From: a virus | DNA length: 64,000 nucleotides | Strand: one strand, 5' to 3' | Virus record (IMG/VR): IMGVR_UViG_3300038620_000086 | Coordinates: 8,841-72,840 of that record | Part shown: one piece after another, positions 27,072 to 37,660 of the stretch | Layout of the letters: the number at the start of each line of letters is the position of its first letter | How positions within the stretch are numbered: the first letter of the stretch is position 1 | The notes under the pieces: generated by a model | Told to the model about the DNA's origin: nothing | The model's database searches: none | What the model saw: only the letters and a program-made list of their open reading frames with translations | Translations under genes and position numbers: made by a program

Positions 27072-30000
27072 CTAAATCATTCCTATTAAGTAGCTAGCTT
27101 CTTTAAATGTAAAATCTAATAACCCCCATTCGTAGTCCCCTTCTGGAGTTCCTTCTTTATACGTATAGTTCACTGGTATTAATTTTAACGGATCGTTAGG
27201 ATTCGTTGCAAAAAGATAAGCCTTAATACTTGCCCTAGCTCTCCTCCATTCAGCTTCTTCGTCTTCTGAACCAGGAAAATAAGATAGTATATCCCCTCCT
27301 TCTAAAGGAGTGATACCAAGGTCAACATTCTCTAGATCATTAAGCCCAGCTTCAAGCGGAACATTTCTTAGAAAACTTCCATCGCCAAAAAACGATCCCT
27401 GGAAAATTCCGTTGAGAGTGTTGCCAAAGACGTATATATTGCTGTTCCCGGCAAACACTGGTTTTCCTGCTTCGTTTAAGTCGAAATATTGAACCGCTCC
27501 GATATTGTCCTCTGGATCTTCCCTGTTACCTTGAGGAAATCGGATGTCGGGATTTCTGACGTACAAAGTAGATTTACCTTCATCAGGATCCTTAATCGAC
27601 GATGCACCAATACGATAAAACAACTTAGGAGGAGCATTAAACGGGACAGTAAACAGTACAGACTTTCCCGACACAGATGTAAGTTCGGCTAACCCGTTGT
27701 TAAATACACCATCTTCTTCTCCAAGATCATCACCATTCTCGTCAACTATCCGAAAACTGGCAATATCAACTCCTGCATTAGCCGACAGATTAAACCGATA
27801 GGTCATCCCCCTAAGAACTTGGATAGACCCAAAGCTTCTCCCATTAAGAGTAACTAGACTAGAAGCGCTATAATTAATGTCAACTTGAATGATTGGTCCA
27901 GCCCTTCGATCCACATACCGCTTCACTGCTGTCTGCGTCGGAACTGTATTAGGACCGGGTTCCCCCTCCTGGACATCGGGTCGATCAGAAGATAGATCTG
28001 TATTGTCCGATACCTCATTAACCTTAACGCCAACAGAACCAAGCGGCGTTGTAAACGGTCCTAACTCTTCAACGTTTGTTAAGCTAAAACGTTCGGTTGA
28101 GAAACTTACTGCCCCGGTTGCTTGGTCAACTGAGAAAAAAGGACCAACCAAAAAGTTACCTTTCTCATCACTAGCCGAATAGAAGACCTGACCAAAGTCA
28201 ACACGCTTAGCAACATTCTCGGGAACTAAGGTTCCAGACCCACCAACATTTCTTGGTAGCCTAGTACCAGTTCCAATATAACCAAAATCGTGTGACGTCA
28301 TACGGACTACAGACCGAAATTCATAGACCCCAGAAGTATCACTTTCATCCTCTAGGTTTCCAAAGGGAGAGATGACATTTGGGGATGATACCTGGATACT
28401 TTCCCAACTAGGATTAACTAGTACCTTTATATAAACCGTCCCATCATTGGTTACAAACCTTGAAACTGTAAGAATCTCTACCGGCTTAGACCCATCGTCG
28501 ATCCGAATTAAAGCACCAACCTTAGGATCAGCTCTTACAACCTCGTTAGTAGGATTGTAGACTGGATCTTCTATAACGGCATAGTTGTTAATAATCCTAT
28601 CATCGCTAATGGACTCGCCAGCTTCCTCATAACCACTTCCTCCGGGTTCTTTTGGTAATTTTCCTTGACCTTCTAAGGTCTTTGTATAGGTGTGCCCAAT
28701 CCAAATACGTTTAGCAGTGATCTCTGGCGTATTGTCAGGAGTACGGAATTTATCCTGCCCAAGATATCCTTCTGCTTTAACACCATACACCCCGAACCCG
28801 TTTGAACAGTTTAGAGCCCGTATTTCTCCGCCATTCCTGGAGTATAGCCCGTTGTTGGTGAAATACGTAAAAACCGATACACATTCAGCGTTAGCGATAC
28901 CCTCGCACAATATGCCGTAGCCGTTCAGATTGACTTGAGTATAGTCATTAAACTGCATGAGCCTTGACTTGGGCGGATCAAAGCTCAGGCGAGTTCTAGG
29001 ATCCAGCCTAAATCCATCAACGTGAGCACCCCCTCCTCCATTTCGACGTTGCCAAGGATCTTTCCTAACACTGGCCCAAGGACGAATATAGGATTGGCAT
29101 TCGTGGCGATCCTCCTCATTATGATCCTCACCCGGCAAAGGTCTTAATGTCTTGACATGGAGAAGGTCATTAATCTGACTTTTCTTACAGTAGGCATTAG
29201 TAACCTTCATTGTAGTATCTCCAGGTTCAACATTCCTCTTAAGTCGAACCATGAACTGGTTGTCCGTGGGACGATCATTTCTAATCTCCTCGAACCAGAG
29301 TTCTTCGCCCTCTTCCTCGCTTCCTTCTTCGCGCCCAACGTAAGTGCGGTCAATATCCTCGGGATTTAATAGCTCGATTACATCATTATCTGGGTCTTTT
29401 GTTCGTTCTTCTAACTGGTATGCAACATAGTTGCTCTCTGCTATCTTATGGAATTTGCCGACTTTTAGCTTTGTTGACCCCTTGGAAGCATTCTCGGTGA
29501 GAACAAATAACTCTGTAAACAAAGGATGCTGGTAATGGATAGTTGACCCTTGGGTAAAGGAATAAGATACAAATAGCGGGTCTCCCTGGACTCTTGGGTT
29601 TTCAACATCAATGCTTGTATCTCCAACTTTGACCTCAGAAGAAACCACCATTTCTACTACCCTCTTTTCCTGGTTAGAGATATATAAACGGCTACCGGAG
29701 GGAATGTTTTCCTTAGAAGGCTCGATGTTTATACTTGATACCTTAGTTTTCTTTTCTAAGGACTGGCGAAGTAAACTGAATGGTACTGCTCTTGGGTCTC
29801 CCAAATAGATTTGGTCACCTCGTTCCAAATTCAAGGGGATAGGATCAACATCTATTTCCTCAATCTTGTCTCCTGGGCGGAATAGATAGTTGTCGTAGAC
29901 TGTGTTGGGGTTATATAACTTTACCTCTCCATCAACAAAGTTATTGTTTTCAATCTGGTAGTAGAGGTTTAGATCATTAGGATTGACTCCTCGAAGGTCA

Positions 30001-31280
30001 AGTTCTGTATAGCTTGGGCTCCTACTAGTCACCAGGTCACTCTCTTCAAAGTTAGATAAATCTGAGGTGAATCTTATTGTCTTTCCTTGAGTATTCGGAT
30101 CAATGGAGAAACGATAGCGACGCCCTACAGCTAGTCTCATTTGATGGTTGACTCGTCCATCAACCTCTAGCATTAACGGTTGGTTAGTCTCGTTAGGATC
30201 GTAAGTAGGATGCCTGTCATCTTTAGGGATAGCCTTTATTACATTGTTCGACTCTACGAGGTCACTACTTTCTCTTGGAATTAGCTTACCCTTAGCCTTA
30301 GTAAGTTCTAATTTGAATAGCTGATGGACATCCCTACCGTCGTTGTAACTCGTTACGTTCTGAATGTAAGGACTTATCGTCTTTAAGTCGGCGTTCTTTC
30401 TAAACCCTAAAGTAAATCCAGGTTCAACGACCCCGCGAACTGTCATGTTTCTGATAATGCAGTCGTGAGTTACTTCGAAAAGGTTTGTACCACCGCCATT
30501 CCTATCATGAGTTGCCCCGCAAGTATCTGTTGTCGGGTAAACTCGCACCCTCCTTAATTCCTCGCCAATTAAAGAAGTTCTTGGTGGCAGCTCTAGAGGA
30601 GCCTCTTCGATGTATAGTCCGGAGTAGACGAATACTGTACAGTCTCCGCGTTGAACCTGCTCAGATTCTAGAGCCTCTTTAATCGTTAGATAAGGGCGGT
30701 CAAATGACCCGTCTCTTACAGAGGCATAGGGTTCACCAGTAGAGTTAACATAGACTGTATTGGCTCTATGTCTTTCTGTAGACTGAATGTACTCTCGATA
30801 TTTAAGGTTATTTAGGATCTGCCTAGATTCGTCATCTAAGGAGACTTCTAAAGATTCGGAATCACCGACTCCTTTAGCTTTCTGACGATACTTAACTAGA
30901 CCCTCGCCGATCCTCAGCTTTTCGTCTAAAGTATCAAGCTCGTCATCTCCCTCTGTTACTTTTAGCTTACCTTCCGAGCTGATCTGAAGCTTCTCCCCTT
31001 CAGAACCTTTTGAGGGATAAATCCTTATACCCGATCCTTCCAGGAAATTATCGCTCGTTATCCCACTTTCAGATCCAGACCCAACTTCTTCCCAGTTTCC
31101 CTCGGGACTGGTGTTAAGATAGAATTTCCCATCGGAGGTATCAAATAAAAGTGCAGGAACAATGCCAAAGTCAGATACACCAGAGTCCTCGCTATTAGGG
31201 TCTCCTTGGTAATCACCAGATCGAACCTCGATCTTGCGTCCCCAGTTTTGTCTTACCCATTCAGCAAATGTTAGTGCCAT
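27072..31280 (-). CDS. Cyanophage-type fibre/virion structural protein with pectin-lyase-like beta-helix (1402 aa)
   Basis: YVNSTG...DGSFDRPYLTIKEAL...GLYIEEAPLELPPRTSLIGEELRR, SPYIQNVTS, FNDYTQVN, ECVSVFTYF, SHDFGYIGTG, VFYSASDEKGNFLVG..FSVDQATG, VPTQTAVKRYVD: a motif series I recognise from large cyanomyovirus structural proteins. Confidence 0.75.
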   Translation of the reverse strand: MALTFAEWVRQNWGRKIEVRSGDYQGDPNSEDSGVSDFGIVPALLFDTSDGKFYLNTSPEGNWEEVGSGSESGITSDNFLEGSGIRIYPSKGSEGEKLQISSEGKLKVTEGDDELDTLDEKLRIGEGLVKYRQKAKGVGDSESLEVSLDDESRQILNNLKYREYIQSTERHRANTVYVNSTGEPYASVRDGSFDRPYLTIKEALESEQVQRGDCTVFVYSGLYIEEAPLELPPRTSLIGEELRRVRVYPTTDTCGATHDRNGGGTNLFEVTHDCIIRNMTVRGVVEPGFTLGFRKNADLKTISPYIQNVTSYNDGRDVHQLFKLELTKAKGKLIPRESSDLVESNNVIKAIPKDDRHPTYDPNETNQPLMLEVDGRVNHQMRLAVGRRYRFSIDPNTQGKTIRFTSDLSNFEESDLVTSRSPSYTELDLRGVNPNDLNLYYQIENNNFVDGEVKLYNPNTVYDNYLFRPGDKIEEIDVDPIPLNLERGDQIYLGDPRAVPFSLLRQSLEKKTKVSSINIEPSKENIPSGSRLYISNQEKRVVEMVVSSEVKVGDTSIDVENPRVQGDPLFVSYSFTQGSTIHYQHPLFTELFVLTENASKGSTKLKVGKFHKIAESNYVAYQLEERTKDPDNDVIELLNPEDIDRTYVGREEGSEEEGEELWFEEIRNDRPTDNQFMVRLKRNVEPGDTTMKVTNAYCKKSQINDLLHVKTLRPLPGEDHNEEDRHECQSYIRPWASVRKDPWQRRNGGGGAHVDGFRLDPRTRLSFDPPKSRLMQFNDYTQVNLNGYGILCEGIANAECVSVFTYFTNNGLYSRNGGEIRALNCSNGFGVYGVKAEGYLGQDKFRTPDNTPEITAKRIWIGHTYTKTLEGQGKLPKEPGGSGYEEAGESISDDRIINNYAVIEDPVYNPTNEVVRADPKVGALIRIDDGSKPVEILTVSRFVTNDGTVYIKVLVNPSWESIQVSSPNVISPFGNLEDESDTSGVYEFRSVVRMTSHDFGYIGTGTRLPRNVGGSGTLVPENVAKRVDFGQVFYSASDEKGNFLVGPFFSVDQATGAVSFSTERFSLTNVEELGPFTTPLGSVGVKVNEVSDNTDLSSDRPDVQEGEPGPNTVPTQTAVKRYVDRRAGPIIQVDINYSASSLVTLNGRSFGSIQVLRGMTYRFNLSANAGVDIASFRIVDENGDDLGEEDGVFNNGLAELTSVSGKSVLFTVPFNAPPKLFYRIGASSIKDPDEGKSTLYVRNPDIRFPQGNREDPEDNIGAVQYFDLNEAGKPVFAGNSNIYVFGNTLNGIFQGSFFGDGSFLRNVPLEAGLNDLENVDLGITPLEGGDILSYFPGSEDEEAEWRRARASIKAYLFATNPNDPLKLIPVNYTYKEGTPEGDYEWGLLDFTFKEASYLIGMI

Positions 31281-31281
31281 A

Positions 31282-33774
31282 TTAGATTCTTTCTTCTACA
31301 TCTACAGTTATCTCCCCAGAAGCTAAATTCTTTAGCTCTGGGTTATTGAATTGAATTGTGCTTGGTGCATTAAACTTGATCTGAGCTGGATCTCCCCCAA
31401 ACTCTGATACCAAGAAAAAGTCAAGTGGCGGGTTAGAAGATTCGACGACAAGGTTGTCGGGATTAACAACAGTTATGCCGACGTCGAGAGTAGAAGTGCT
31501 AAAGGTGTCGAAGGTGTAACTTTGAGGTCTAAATCCTCGAATCTGATATTGCCCCGTTCGGGTTACTGTTCTGTTGGCAAGGTTAGTAATTTCTACTTGA
31601 AAGCTATACGAAGCACTTTGATGGACGTCTTGGTTGTTAACCCGAATAATTAACTCCCAGTTGGATCGACTAGCTTTCTCGTTAATCTGTTGGAAAGTAC
31701 CTTGATCATCACCAATTGATCCACTAACGTAAGAGACATTGAGTAATTGCTGGTCAAAAGAAAGCGCGATCGCGTGGTCAATGCCGCCCTCATCAGAACG
31801 GAGTGGAGGATTGGGCTGACCTGATTTCCAGTCGGGTTCGTTGTGAGCGATCTGAACTAGGGTACTTGCCTGATTCTGAGAGCCATTTGCGTTCCGAGTC
31901 ACCTGAAAAGTAAGGTTATTCCCACTAACTCGATATCCTTGTGATCTGCCATTACTATTGAGGGAGGCTAGAATTGTCAAATTAGAGTCATCATCAGTCG
32001 TTGACAGCTCGGATGATGTAATCTGCTGGGTATCAGCATTATTTACAAAATATTCGATACTTGCCTCCTCAGAGTCTTTTAGGGCTTCCTGACCGTCGGG
32101 ATAAACCGGAGAGTTAAGGTTAACTGTTGGTTTAAGGTTATTAAGAGTTACAGTGTTATCTGTTTCCACTTTGGGAGAAAGGGCGCCGTTACTAGCCGTT
32201 TCTACTCTCAGTTTTCCTTTTAGATCTTGAGGAGTCGTCCCTCGGTTAGCAACTACAACTTCCCTTGTCACCTGGCTTGTAGCTCCAAAGGTGAAGGTCT
32301 GAGATTTAAGAGCCCCAAAGTCAAAGATGATCAATTTGACGAACGGTTCGTCAGCCTCAACGGTTAACTCAATCTTGTCATTCTCTTTTAACTCCGACTG
32401 AATTCCCCCATTAGGTCCGCGAGGATAAATGCCAGAAAACTCTGCTAAGGTTATATTAGCGGGTTGAGTTCCACTAAATGGAAGGACAGTTTTCCCTCCG
32501 TTTCCCTCAATTTGGATTTCTTTTGGGTCAGAGAAATCTAAATCGAGATCAACCGTTGCTGTAAACCTACGGTCACCTTCTATCTGCTGGTAGTTAGAGA
32601 AAGGAACACCATTAGCAGTATAGTTACCACGATATTTTTTCCCTCCGTCAAACTCAATCTTAACTGTTACTTTACTAGTCGTCGTTGAGAACGATTCTAC
32701 AACCCGACTGACTGTTTCACTACGACTAAGATTTACTGTTTCCTCAGAATCTTGAGGGAAAACATCAACGACAAAAACACTAGAGGAACCAATATTTTCA
32801 AAGTCAGGTTTATTCGTTAGATCTTGGTAATCCCCCGATGTCGCTACTGGTTCTAGATCAGGCTTGTCGGACAGATCCGAATAAGAACCGGACGTAGCAA
32901 CTGGTTTCAGATCCGGCTTGTCACTAAGATTCTCATAGGAGATATCAGGTTTATCGGTAAGATCAGAATAGGATCCACTAAAGGCAATGGGATGGAAGGT
33001 CGGAGTTCCTGAAAGGTCATTATAGTTTCCAGTGAAAGCGACCTGAGAGAAGTCCGGGGTTCCAACTAAGCTTTGATAAGATCCAGTAAAAGCAACAGGT
33101 TGTAGGTTTGGACGATTGATTAGATCCTGATAGTTGCCGGTACGAGCGACCCTCTCTAGGCTTGGCTTGTCAATGAGATCCTCGTAGGAACCTGTTTTGG
33201 CAACTTGTTTGAAGTCTGGTTTATCGCTAAGGCTTTCAAAAGACCCAGTGAAAGCAACCTCACTAAGGGAATCCTGGTCAACATCAATCTGAATCGTGTT
33301 ACTAGAGGGATCGGTAGTGATATCGACACCAGTTCCAGGAACTAGGTTAAGTAGATCCTCACCGCTAGCGACAATATTGCTTTGTCTGGGAACAGCTATT
33401 GTCTTAAAGTGTGACCCCAGGGAGACTTCTACTTCACCATCGTCTGTTTCTTCAACCAATAAACCAGAATCCGAGTCGAAACGAAGTGTACTAGTTGCAA
33501 ACCGAGTTGGTGTCTCGCCTGGAGTTTGCGAACCAACAACGTCTATCCCTGCTTCAATATTAACCCCGTCAAGATCTCCTGAAGTTAGAATTCTCCTCCA
33601 ACTTCCATTGACCTTTTTATAGAGGTTTCCGGTATCACGATCAAATAGAAGGTCATAGGGAGCCCCAAAAGCTTCTACTGAGTCAGGATTTCCGTTGTAA
33701 TTACCTGATCGCAGTGTCTGTTTGCTTGGCCAGTTCTCTATTATGAATTTTTCTAAAGACTGGATATCAACCAT
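31282..33774 (-). CDS. Tail-fibre-like protein with 18-aa repeats and C-terminal Ig-like module (830 aa)
   Basis: VAxSGSYxDLxxKP fibre repeats; N-terminus similar to the 1402-aa protein; C-terminus similar to the 1256-aa protein. Confidence 0.75.
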   Translation of the reverse strand: MVDIQSLEKFIIENWPSKQTLRSGNYNGNPDSVEAFGAPYDLLFDRDTGNLYKKVNGSWRRILTSGDLDGVNIEAGIDVVGSQTPGETPTRFATSTLRFDSDSGLLVEETDDGEVEVSLGSHFKTIAVPRQSNIVASGEDLLNLVPGTGVDITTDPSSNTIQIDVDQDSLSEVAFTGSFESLSDKPDFKQVAKTGSYEDLIDKPSLERVARTGNYQDLINRPNLQPVAFTGSYQSLVGTPDFSQVAFTGNYNDLSGTPTFHPIAFSGSYSDLTDKPDISYENLSDKPDLKPVATSGSYSDLSDKPDLEPVATSGDYQDLTNKPDFENIGSSSVFVVDVFPQDSEETVNLSRSETVSRVVESFSTTTSKVTVKIEFDGGKKYRGNYTANGVPFSNYQQIEGDRRFTATVDLDLDFSDPKEIQIEGNGGKTVLPFSGTQPANITLAEFSGIYPRGPNGGIQSELKENDKIELTVEADEPFVKLIIFDFGALKSQTFTFGATSQVTREVVVANRGTTPQDLKGKLRVETASNGALSPKVETDNTVTLNNLKPTVNLNSPVYPDGQEALKDSEEASIEYFVNNADTQQITSSELSTTDDDSNLTILASLNSNGRSQGYRVSGNNLTFQVTRNANGSQNQASTLVQIAHNEPDWKSGQPNPPLRSDEGGIDHAIALSFDQQLLNVSYVSGSIGDDQGTFQQINEKASRSNWELIIRVNNQDVHQSASYSFQVEITNLANRTVTRTGQYQIRGFRPQSYTFDTFSTSTLDVGITVVNPDNLVVESSNPPLDFFLVSEFGGDPAQIKFNAPSTIQFNNPELKNLASGEITVDVEERI
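32337..32353. repeat. Dispersed palindrome copy 2 (inside CDS)
   Basis: TGACGAACGGTTCGTCA, identical to copy 1. Confidence 0.85.
32803..33267 (-). repeat. Eight 54-nt (18-aa) degenerate tandem repeats plus one 11-aa partial
   Basis: LSEVAFTGSFESLSDKPD through LEPVATSGDYQDLTNKPD; 155 aa = 8x18+11. Confidence 0.85.
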
Positions 33775-34175
33775 TAATACTCTTCTATTGAAAGATCTCC
33801 GCTATTAATCGTAAAAACCTCACCATCTTCGATCTCTACCTCTGTATCTAATTGGTCAACAAAATAGGAGTTTCCAGATGATGGGCTATCCCAGAGAACG
33901 AGGTAACGAACGGTAACGGTTGCTCCACTGCTGTTCGTCAAACTATAGCTAGACAGATTGTCAACTTTACCCCCTCCCTGATCAGACCAGTTATTAACCT
34001 CCAATCTTTGACCTTCCTGCCAAGTAATTGGGAATAAAGTGTTTTTTTCGGGATCATTCCCAGGGTTACTAGAATAAAATTCCACCCAGAATCCCCCATT
34101 AGGTGTTAAGGGCTGAGATCCACTAAAAAATATGTACTCCTGAAGTTGCTGCTTATAGCGATTTGTTTTAGGCAT
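33774..34175 (-). CDS. Small virion/tail-associated protein (133 aa), paralog of 7159..7539
   Basis: Both begin MPKT and share FY..[ND]PG.DPE, W, VRY.VLW, and a terminal DL.I.E. Confidence 0.75.
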   Translation of the reverse strand: MPKTNRYKQQLQEYIFFSGSQPLTPNGGFWVEFYSSNPGNDPEKNTLFPITWQEGQRLEVNNWSDQGGGKVDNLSSYSLTNSSGATVTVRYLVLWDSPSSGNSYFVDQLDTEVEIEDGEVFTINSGDLSIEEY

Positions 34176-36600
34176 TATTCAAATTTAATCTCGATCCAGA
34201 TTTAATCCTTATAGGAGATTCAGAGATACCAGGATTAGTTAAAGTTATCCCAGTATTTGTATCACGATTCCTATCGTTGTCCCTATAAAGAGAGGTCTTC
34301 GCTATTCGGTAATATAACTCGGCTGGCTTTATATCCTGAATCAAACTTGCTGCTTGTGGATCTTCTCCCTCAGTTTCTATATACCCAAGCAATTGGTTAC
34401 TATCGACTTTGGTGGTTGGACTATCAAGCGAACCTGGGTTAGCTGTAACTGTTTCATTGAGATGCTGTGATATTAAATCATTGGAGCTTCCCAATAGTTC
34501 AGATGAATCGCCTACATAATAGTTACTCTGAAGGTCAATTACCTCTGACAAATGGGAAGTCTTGCTTATAGAAAACAGATCTTCCCAAGAATTAGGATCA
34601 AACCAACGGGTTGTGATAGACCACCCTGTACTTGATTCGTTCACTTGGTATGGGTAAGGTTCTGGTGTTTTTACCTCAACTGAACCTCCAAGCAGACTAC
34701 TTATTGTCTCTGATATCTCTTCGATGGTCTTGTTTTCTGGGCGAAGATATTGGCTAAGCATCTGATTCCAAAAAGTATCAGAGGTTAATTTGGGTTTAGG
34801 AAGGTAGACTGAGGCATATTTAGCTAGAACAAACCCTACTGCTGATGAAATGTCTTGTCCTATCTCGACTAAAAGATATCGAAGAATAGAGGATAGAGTG
34901 CTGCTAACATTCGATAGCAATAAGTTAACTAAAGTGCTATCAGATCGCCTTAACACCTCGGGCTGGAACCAATAGCGCCCTACAGGAAGCATTCTAGTTG
35001 CTTCTTCATACAGTTGCCAGACAGCTAGTATAGCTTCCTCTGCTAGCAAAGGAAAAGGAGGTATATTATTGAAAACTTGCTGAGTCGTGTCCCGAAGGGA
35101 TATAGCACTTTGGGTTACTAAATTAGGGATCTCATCAGGATAGTGATAAAGACCGTCTGTCTGATTGGTTGGGAGGTCATAAATAGGGCTTTCTTCCAGA
35201 GTGTTGCCAGACGAATCTTGGAAGTCTGGATAGATATTCTGTAGAAACCCTTGTCCAAAGATGATCATTCGATATTCTGAGTCATCTTTTTCGTCCTCTC
35301 TTTTCTCTTGTAACCGGGAGATAAAGCCCCTGATGATCTCTACTGTGTCTGAGTTAGATAACGAAAAATAAATCTGCCATATAGCTCTAGCTACTGGAAC
35401 CCTTAAACTATCAGTATCTGACGCATCAACCATCTGTAACTGTTCAGCGGGTTGAGCCGGGAGTTCTGCTAACTTTAAATAAAGTCTAGCAGCAGTAGCA
35501 TGATTTTCGACAGAGTAATCTAACTGAAGGGCTTTAGTTAGGTAGATAGAAGAGAGGAAGCTTGCTTCTAAACTTTCACTCGAAAGAAAGAAGCCTTCGG
35601 CTGATAAAACCTCCGAGCTAAACTGGTTCCCACCGTCGGTTGCCGCCGAAAGTAGTAAATTTAGCTGCTCAACAACGAACTTTAACTTCTTATCGAGTTT
35701 TATACCTCCGTCTAGGGTTTTTATCTCTGAAAGCGGTTTATCATAGAAATAGCTTAATCCGTCCAGAATAGCCAATCCTAAAAAAGCGTTTTGAGCAGTC
35801 CACACTTCTTCGGAAACAGCCCGGTCTAAACGAGGCAATCGATAAGGAAATCCTGGAATAGCTTCATCTCCTGGTTCATAGCCAACATCAGACTCGATGG
35901 CGCCAACCTTCTCAATGTAATAATCGCTGATAGTGTTAAGTAGTCCGACTAAACTCTCTTCGTCATTCCCCGCGATCGCGAGATAGATTCCATGAGCTAC
36001 AGTCTCTGGATCGGAGAAACGAAATGATCCATAAAGATGAGGAGTAGGCAATGCCGTGTAGTACAAACCCCTTATCTCTTTCTCTGTAACCTTGGAATTA
36101 GAGCCTTGAACTCTAATCGTGCTATGAGCCGCTCGAACTGTCCTAATCTCCTGAACCGTTGGAGAGGTAGATGAATAATATTGATATTTATAAAGACCAG
36201 GAATCAGCCCTGAGGTTGGTTGACTTGTTTTCTGATGAATCGTGACTCGGGAAAGAACCCCATCACTCAAGAATACGTAGGGATTATCTAGCGTCACTAA
36301 AGAGGGATCTGAAACAGGATAACGGTTAAGTAAAAAGGAACGGTTGTCGTCCGAGTGAAAGTAAACCTCGTCTATTTCTATCCGGTCACTGATCTTAGGA
36401 TTCTCTGAAATAAGAATCGGGTCACTAACCTTAATTGGTCTCTTTAGACTATTAGCTTCGCCAGAAATAGACTTTTGATGGAAAGTGTCAAGGTATAAGT
36501 CATACCCCGAACTACTAACTCTGTATTCAGGCTCGGGTCGTCGAGCGGGGCTAAAATCAAATCGGTTAAAGAAGTTTTTCTGGCTAGAGTTGAGTGACAT
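34168..36600 (-). CDS. Putative baseplate wedge protein (P2 gpI / Mu gp48-like C-terminal part), 810 aa
   Basis: Follows baseplate J; RMLPVGRYWF and DISSAVGFVLAKYA...PKPKLTSDTFW resemble the gpI/gp48 wedge pattern. Confidence 0.5.
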   Translation of the reverse strand: MSLNSSQKNFFNRFDFSPARRPEPEYRVSSSGYDLYLDTFHQKSISGEANSLKRPIKVSDPILISENPKISDRIEIDEVYFHSDDNRSFLLNRYPVSDPSLVTLDNPYVFLSDGVLSRVTIHQKTSQPTSGLIPGLYKYQYYSSTSPTVQEIRTVRAAHSTIRVQGSNSKVTEKEIRGLYYTALPTPHLYGSFRFSDPETVAHGIYLAIAGNDEESLVGLLNTISDYYIEKVGAIESDVGYEPGDEAIPGFPYRLPRLDRAVSEEVWTAQNAFLGLAILDGLSYFYDKPLSEIKTLDGGIKLDKKLKFVVEQLNLLLSAATDGGNQFSSEVLSAEGFFLSSESLEASFLSSIYLTKALQLDYSVENHATAARLYLKLAELPAQPAEQLQMVDASDTDSLRVPVARAIWQIYFSLSNSDTVEIIRGFISRLQEKREDEKDDSEYRMIIFGQGFLQNIYPDFQDSSGNTLEESPIYDLPTNQTDGLYHYPDEIPNLVTQSAISLRDTTQQVFNNIPPFPLLAEEAILAVWQLYEEATRMLPVGRYWFQPEVLRRSDSTLVNLLLSNVSSTLSSILRYLLVEIGQDISSAVGFVLAKYASVYLPKPKLTSDTFWNQMLSQYLRPENKTIEEISETISSLLGGSVEVKTPEPYPYQVNESSTGWSITTRWFDPNSWEDLFSISKTSHLSEVIDLQSNYYVGDSSELLGSSNDLISQHLNETVTANPGSLDSPTTKVDSNQLLGYIETEGEDPQAASLIQDIKPAELYYRIAKTSLYRDNDRNRDTNTGITLTNPGISESPIRIKSGSRLNLNNA

Positions 36601-37660
36601 AAGTTATATTAACTCGGCTGGGATAAATAAGGTCAGAAGAGGCTATTTCAATAGAGGTTTTAGGGATAGATACCCTAAGGTCTTCATAGATAGATTTCAG
36701 CGATTCTTCTAAGTCACTAGGGTTAAATATATTATTTGGTTCTAGATTCCGGGAGTAATCGAATACTAAGGCTCTAATGTAGTCACTTAACTGGGACTGA
36801 TCGATCTCTGGAGTTGCTGAAACAATAATCTCGACATCAATGCTAACTCTTCTAGCTTGTTTAACGGTAACTGTAACACCGGGGCTCACCCAGGATCGAA
36901 TCTCGTTAGCAATAGCCTCTTGGTCTGCTTCTGTAAACGAAGAAAATGGATCAACAAGAACAACTAAGACTCCACCGCCAGAAGGTTCAACTCTTACATT
37001 GGCGATGGATTCTCGACTTAGCAGCTTTTGTTCAATCTCTTTTGATGTAGTTCTTTCTCGGTTTTGGGCAGATCGAATCAACCGAAGCCGAAAGGATTCA
37101 TCCGTCTCTGGTTCTTTACCCCCTTGTATAGAACCACAAACTTTTCCATCAATTGTTTCCCCGGATCCTACTCTAATCTCTAACTCTGGAAACTGGGTAG
37201 CAACGAGTCTAGTACCGCTTCCGAGATTATACTCTCTCCCCGGCTGATCAGCCTCAATAGGAACGGCTGTTTTGACTTTTGGGGCTAATGATTTAGAAGA
37301 ATTAGAGGGAAGGTTAGTTCGGTAAAGAAGGTTTGTCTCTGGATCAGCAATTACCGAATTGTTTGGCAGATTTACTATCTGGTTGGAAGTGTTTTCTACC
37401 ACAACGTGACCTTTAGCTCTAGTTGCCTTACGGCGGTCTAGCCAGTATCCCTTACGGTCTAGACTCTCACCTGTAGCAGATATTAGAAAACTGTCTTTCT
37501 CAACCTGATCAACTTTTTGTTCAAGACTTAATTGAGAAGCAGCGAAAGAGCGGACTAGCGCTCGAACAACTGACCCCTCAGAGAGGTCAATTTCCAAATT
37601 TGACCCAGACTGCATTGCTGCTGCTATTTCCTCTTCGATTTCATTGATTGGTCTACTCAA
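36584..37660 (-). CDS. Baseplate J / Mu gp47-like protein
   Basis: EGSVVRALV, SATGESLDR...RRKATRAKG, IEADQPGREYN, GGKEPETDESFRLR. Confidence 0.9.
   Translation of the reverse strand: MSRPINEIEEEIAAAMQSGSNLEIDLSEGSVVRALVRSFAASQLSLEQKVDQVEKDSFLISATGESLDRKGYWLDRRKATRAKGHVVVENTSNQIVNLPNNSVIADPETNLLYRTNLPSNSSKSLAPKVKTAVPIEADQPGREYNLGSGTRLVATQFPELEIRVGSGETIDGKVCGSIQGGKEPETDESFRLRLIRSAQNRERTTSKEIEQKLLSRESIANVRVEPSGGGVLVVLVDPFSSFTEADQEAIANEIRSWVSPGVTVTVKQARRVSIDVEIIVSATPEIDQSQLSDYIRALVFDYSRNLEPNNIFNPSDLEESLKSIYEDLRVSIPKTSIEIASSDLIYPSRVNITYVTQL

Noticed and set aside
32803-33267. CRISPR-like array
   Set aside because: Repeats are degenerate at the DNA level, in frame, without spacers, and match a protein fibre repeat.
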